From: Felis catus
Taxonomy: Eukaryota
Assembly (NCBI RefSeq): GCF_018350175.1
Contig: NC_058369.1
Span: forward strand, 9,922,001-9,986,000
DNA: 64,000 bases
Direction: 5' to 3'
Shown here: in pieces, positions 58,700-64,000 of the stretch
How the letters are laid out: each line of letters begins with the position of its first letter
Position numbering within the stretch: the first letter of the stretch is position 1
The notes under the pieces: model-generated
Databases searched by the model: none
Told to the model about the DNA's origin: nothing
What the model saw: only the letters and a program-made list of their open reading frames with translations
Program-made: the position numbers and the translations under genes

Positions 58700-58893
58700 C
58701 TGAGGTCAGTTTCTCTCTGCCACACTACTGACATTTGGGGCAGGGTCATACTTTGTTAGGGAAGGGGGCTGTCTTGCGCACTGAAGGTTTAAAGGCATCC
58801 TGTCTCTACCCACTGGATGCCAGTAGAAGCGCCCCCCGCCCCCCTGCAACCATCTCCAGACATTGTTAAATTGTCCCCGCTTGAGAAACACTG
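58700..58893. mobile_element. MER20-like DNA transposon fragment
   Basis: ACTGACATTTGGGGCAGG...CTCTACCCACTGGATGCCAGTAG...TCTCCAGACATTG...TTGAGAAACACTG pattern. Confidence 0.65.
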
Positions 58894-59492
58894 CAGGAGA
58901 CCCAAACAGAGGGTGCCAAGAGGGGAGGGGGGCTGGATGAGCCAGCTATCTTGACTCAGAGGGCTAGCTAGTCTCAGGTCTACGAGCCAATTTGCTGTCC
59001 TGCCTATAGGCTTCTACAACCTGCACCCTATCCAATAGCTGTCTGCACCCATGTTCCTAGGTCCACCAGTTTCCGGGAGGTAAGTGTCTGGGCACTTCTG
59101 TGAATTATGGGGAAATGGCTCACCAGCCAGACAAGTCTACCCTGGGCTGTGGGGTTACAAAGTAAAGTAAAATTTAATATGTTGCTGTGTGTGTCCTTGG
59201 AGCATGATGTTAACTTCTTCCTGTGGGTCAAGGTCAAAGTCTAAAAAATCACTGGTTATGCTCTATCCGGAACAGCTGGGTTGCTTAACTTTTGACAATG
59301 AAAAATCCCTCCCAGTCTGGAGTACAGTTAGGTAACCAATTAAGACTAGGGTAAGAAGCTAAGCAAGGGAACACGGGACAGTCAACCCACTGTCTGGGGC
59401 AAGAGCCCCCCTCAGCACGTCACGAGGAGAGATGGACAAGAGATGGTCAGCCCACCTAAGACAAAAGCAGAAACAGTCTAGATGAAGTGCTT

Positions 59493-59498
59493 TTTATT
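59493..59498 (-). terminator. ASF1B polyadenylation signal
   Basis: TTTATT on + strand about 970 nt past the stop; ATTAAA variant near 59534. Confidence 0.6.
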
Positions 59499-60465
59499 TT
59501 TAGACCAACCAAACATGTTTAATATAAAAACCTTTTAATACACAAACTGCAGTCACAACAGCATCCACGTAGCAGCGAGAGGGCCGGGCGTGGCAGGGGC
59601 AGCATGGCAGGAGGAGAGGTTTCCAGAGTCCCTACTGTTTCCTGTGCCTGTAGTCTGTCTGTGGCCTGAGAGCATGAGGTCTTTGCAGAGGGGCCCGATG
59701 CCGACACCGAGATGGACAGAGCACAGCGGACTCCTCCAACATGCCATCCTCCCACTGTGACAGCCTCCAGGGAAAGCCAGATCCAGTTAGGAGATGACAG
59801 GAAGGTGGCTGTGACTGAGAGTTGGACCATCATTCCTCAGCATCCTGCTGAGCACAGCTTTGGGAACAGAGGTTTTCCAGAGGCTGTTGGATTGAAAAGA
59901 CCTAAAAACTGTCCTGGAAGGACAGAAATTATGCCCAAGTCCACCTTCTAACCAAGATTTCTTGCCTGTGACTCCAAAAAGCTGGGTGGATCAGCTCAGA
60001 TGTTTGGGAAGGGACAGGAATGACAGCCTTTGTCTCAATAGTGCTGGAGCCTTGCCAGACATTGACCAAGAGAGTCTCAAGGCAGGGCAGGGAGGTCTGT
60101 GGGAAGAATTTTGGGTCAGTGGTATTCACAGGACCATGGTGGCACAAAGGCCTGCAGGCGGAATTTATAGTGTGTGTGGAAAGGAGAAAAGACACAAGTC
60201 ACAAAGAATTAAAAACTGAAGTACCCGCTTCTTACAGGCCTGGGCACTAGAGGTCAGATGATCCTTCTGGGTCAGGGTTGGGAGAGACCTGAGGCCGGCT
60301 CCTTCCTCAGAGCCATGTCTGCCTAGCCTTGGTGTATTTGATGGCCCCAGAGTCCTCCAGATGGCCTCCATGGGACTGTCTGGGAGGCCCGCCTGCCCCC
60401 TCCAGATGCTCTAGGAGACTGGCCACAATCCCAGCTGGGCCCAGGTTGGGCCTGGATCCCTGCAG

Positions 60466-63400
60466 CTAGATGCAGTCCATGGAATTCTCGGGGAGGAGGC
60501 CAGGAATGCAGCCAGGGAGACCCAAGCCCTTGATGGGAGCACAGCTGAGGGGGAGGCCACAGCCCAGGGCAGGGTCCTGGTTCTCTATGGCTTCTAGACT
60601 GTCCATGTTGTTGTCCCAGTTGATGTGGAAGCGGGTCACGCGGGGGTTCGAGGCCAAGATGTTCCTCTGGAGCTGGGGCAGAAAGAGGAATGTCAACCCT
60701 TGTCGGCATGCCCTCTCATTACTCCCACAGAGCCGGGGCCCCCCCAAACCCCTGCCCCAAAGTTAGGAAGAACAGATCTCACTTATTCCATCTCCATCAA
60801 CAACTACATGTAGAACTCCAGGGAGTGCCTGTGTACCATGACTTAGGGCTGGGACCTATCTAATCTTGATTCTGCGAGGGGTGCTTCTGAGAAACAAAAG
60901 ACCTTTCTCTCTCCAGTTCTAGTCTGGAGCTGCAAGATCTGAGGATGGCTTGAAAACCTTCAGAAGTGACCTTGGCTCCCAGTTCCAATGAGTCAACTCC
61001 CCCAGGTGCAAAGGAGCCAGCCTGTCTGAAGCAGGAAGTGCAGAGACAAGCCCCACCTGAGAGAAGTCTGGCTTCAGGGGTGGGTTCTCCCGCAGCTCGG
61101 GATTGGGGTATTCGTTGTTGACATAGTAGCCCACACGGATGAACTCCTGTCCGTGGTACGTGCAGGTGATGAGGACCACGGTCACACCCACGGCATCGGT
61201 CTCGGGGATGAGGGATGGGTTGGGGGCGTCAGCCTAGAGGAAACACATCCTGGGCCTTAGTACTGACTGCACAGCCACACCTCAACCAGGAATACAACGA
61301 TTTTCAAGCAACACATATTTTACTGAGCCAAAGTATGGTCTCTGCCAACGGGAATTTTTAATCGAGTGGGGAAGACAGAATCAATCCCGCAAATGCCTGT
61401 AAAATGCTCAGCATGACAAGTGCCACAAAGAAGGAAGTGGTGCTGAGGAGTGTAGTGAGCAGGGGGGGAGGGCAGCATAAGATAAGGCTGAACAGGTGGG
61501 CAGGTTGGTACCGTGCCACCCAGGGCCTTTTGGGCCAGTTAAAGGCTCAGGAAAGACCAAGAATGTTTAGCAGGAGATAAGGGGTCTGTGAAGAAGACTG
61601 GCAGGGGTGCCTGGGTGGCTCAGCTGGTTAAGGGTCTGACTTGAGCTCAGGTCATGATCTCATGGTTCCTGAGTTCAAGCCCTGTGTCGGGCCCCTTCCC
61701 TGCTTATGCTCGCTCTTACAGAAATTAAAACTTAAAAAAATTTTTTTTTCAAAATTGAGTCAACTCTCAGGGCACCTGGTGGCTCAGTCTGTTAGTTGGT
61801 TAGGCGTCCAACTTCGGCTCAGGTCATGATCTCAGTCCATGGGTTTAAGCCCTGCGTAGGGCTGTGCTGACAGCTCAGAGCCTGGAGCCTGCTTCGGATT
61901 CTGTGTCTCTGCCTCTGCCCCTCCCCTGCTTGTGCTGTCTCTCTCTCTCTCAAAAATAAACATTAAAAAAAAAAAAAAAAAAAAAGAGTGGCAGTGTGGG
62001 ACACTGTGACAAGAGGACGGCCGGCTGCTGTTAGAGCAGGGATACTGGGCAGGAGGTTACAGCAGTCATCCTGGAGCAGGGACAAACTTAAACCAGGAAG
62101 TAGAGGACAGACGTGGACAGATTTGGGGTGTGTTGTTATGGACAGGAGCAGCTGTGTAACGGGTGCAAAATGAAACCAATATAACCAAATGAAACATGGG
62201 GTCCCTTGTTCACAAGTTAGTAAGTTTCAGCCAGCGACAGCACAACATTGTGCCGGGTGCAAGGCCCCTTGTGGCTGCACGGGCCGAATGCTCGGGACGC
62301 CAGCCCTGCTTGTGGAGTGGAGTAGGTGGGCTCACTGGGGCCTGGATACAGGTGGATGAGGTAACACCTCCTAACAGCATGAAATGGAGTTGCTTGGACT
62401 GGGGTGGGAGGAGCAGAGGGGGAGGTAGGTGAGGATTTGAGCAAAGCCTCTCAAACTTCAGGGAGCGTTAAGAATTGCCCTCTACCTGTGCTCTTGCAGC
62501 CCCTGTGGCACTGGATTAGAGTCATGTAGCAGCTACAGTGAATCTTCATTTGTGAATTCGCCTTCTTGCTAATTAGTAGTAGTTATCTGTAACCTCAAAA
62601 TTGGGGTGTTTTCGTGGTCATTTGAGGACATGCACAGAGTGGGGAAAAATCTTGAGTTGTCTGATGTACGTGTTCCCAGGTGAGGTCATCACCTCACCTC
62701 ATCTCAGCACATATTGTAAATGAGCATCCTTTTTGTGGTCTTTTTAATGCCACGTTTCTCACATTTTGGTGTTTTTTGTTGGTGATTTTGCAGTTTAAAA
62801 TGGCCACCAGAGGTGCCTGGGTGGCTCAGTTGGTTGAGCGTCCAACTTCGGCTCAGATCATGATCTCACGGTTCGTGAGTTCAAGCCCCACGTCGGCTCA
62901 CTGCTGTCAGTGTGAGGCCTGCTTTGGATCCTCTGTCCCCCTCCTTCTCCGCCTCTCCCCCACTCACGTGCGTGCGTGTCTCTCTCTCTCTCAAAAATAA
63001 ACAAACATTAAAAAAAAAAAAAAAAAAGGCCACCGGGGTGCCTGGGTGGCAGTTGGTTAAGTGTCCGACTTTGGCTCAGGTCATGATCTCACGGTTAGTG
63101 AGTTCGAGCCCCACGTCAGGCTCTGTGCTGACAGTGTGGAGCCGTGGAGTGTGGAGAGGGAGAGTCTCCCTCTCTCTCTGCCCCTTCCCCCTCTCACTGT
63201 CTCTGTCTCAAAAATAAACATTAAAAAAAAAAAAAAAAAAAAAAGGCCACCATAGTGCTTACTACTGTCTAGGGTCCCTAAGGGCAAGAAGGTGATGATG
63301 TGCCTTATGGACAAAATACGTGTGTTAGATAAGCTTTTTTCAGGCATGAGTTACAGTGCTGTTGGCCAGGAGGTCAATGGGAATGAACCAACAATAATAC

Positions 63401-63891
63401 TAAATAAAGGGTCTTTAAACAAACACACATAAAACAAGCTTACGTATTTACTGGTTGACAAAAATAGGACTTGTAGGAACCTAATCCGTATTTCTTCCAG
63501 GGGCAATGGTTCGGTATTCGTTAATTCAGCATTTACAGCGACCTTCTGGAGCATAACTCCCGTGAATAAGGAGAATCGACTGTGATCAGTGGCTCATGGT
63601 GACAACGATGACACAGAGGTGGAGGAAAGGGAAACGTGTGAAGTACTTCTGAGAGGTCAGAGTTCTTGAAAGCAAGAGCCAGAATTCTGAACCTGAACCA
63701 CTGAACCACACCGTGTGCTTTTGGACAGAAGAGAATAATTCTAGGTGCCAAAGCCTCAGGCCTTGTCTCTCTTACCTGAAAGATGAACATGTGTCTCCCT
63801 GCTGGAACAGGCCCAACCAGCACAGAGTCTAGGATTTGATCAAACTCCTCACTCTCCGCTGAGCCAACATAAATGATCTTCCACTCTAGGT
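60466..63891 (-). CDS. ASF1B: Histone chaperone ASF1B, exons 2-4 (exon 1 lies beyond the window)
   Basis: Exons 63891-63776 (DLEWKIIYVGSAESEEFDQILDSVLVGPVPAGRHMFIFQ), 61233-61057 (ADAPNPSLIPETDAVGVTVVLITCTYHGQEFIRVGYYVNNEY), 60672-60466 (LQRNILASNPRVTRFHINWD..ENSMDCI*). The C-terminus is ASF1B-type. Confidence 0.95.
61604..61985 (+). mobile_element. Two Can-SINEs (61604-61740, 61770-61985)
   Basis: SINEC motifs and A tails. Confidence 0.88.
62560..63545. mobile_element. MER44/Tigger7-like element interrupted by two tandem Can-SINEs (62811-63027, 63035-63244)
   Basis: TTTTTGTTGGTGATTTTGCAGTTTAAAATGGCC and GAAGGTGATGATGTGCCTTATGGACAAAATACGTGTGTTAGATAAGCTT resemble MER44. Confidence 0.7.
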
Positions 63892-64000
63892 CTGTAAGGA
63901 TATGAGGTGTTAGGGACTTGAAATAGCTGGGGAGCACGAAGGCAGGGGAAGGGTCTTCTCGAGTTTTGGACAGATCCTTAATATACTGAAAGAGTTTTAT

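Overview
Mammalian genomic DNA, almost certainly a felid (dense, young cat-type Can-SINE/SINEC_Fc copies), syntenic to human chr19p13.12. Read exon by exon from splice sites and recalled protein similarity, it holds: the 3' ten coding exons of IL27RA (+); complete PALM3 (-), MISP3 (+), C19orf67 orthologue (-), SAMD1 (-) and PRKACA (-, with both the somatic Calpha1 exon 1 and the sperm-type Calpha2 exon encoding MASNPND); a nested 50-aa SMIM46-like ORF in PRKACA intron 1; and ASF1B exons 2-4 (-). The rest is Can-SINEs, old L1/L2/MIR/MER fragments, microsatellites and CpG islands. No prokaryote-type or CRISPR system is present, and most ORF-track entries are spurious (GC-rich, antisense or repeat-derived). 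Best leads: three oddities in IL27RA (AG>AA acceptor with an in-frame rescue AG, WSXWS box read as WGHQS, terminal frameshift with C-terminal extension); the nested small ORF; an RFX X-box beside the Calpha2 exon; an orphan ZNF143/NRF1/ETS promoter near 31.6-31.9 kb; a long open or decayed frame upstream of MISP3; a probable upstream SAMD1 exon next to the PRKACA polyA site; and a coding minisatellite in PALM3. Gene identities rest on my recall of the human proteins, not on database searches.
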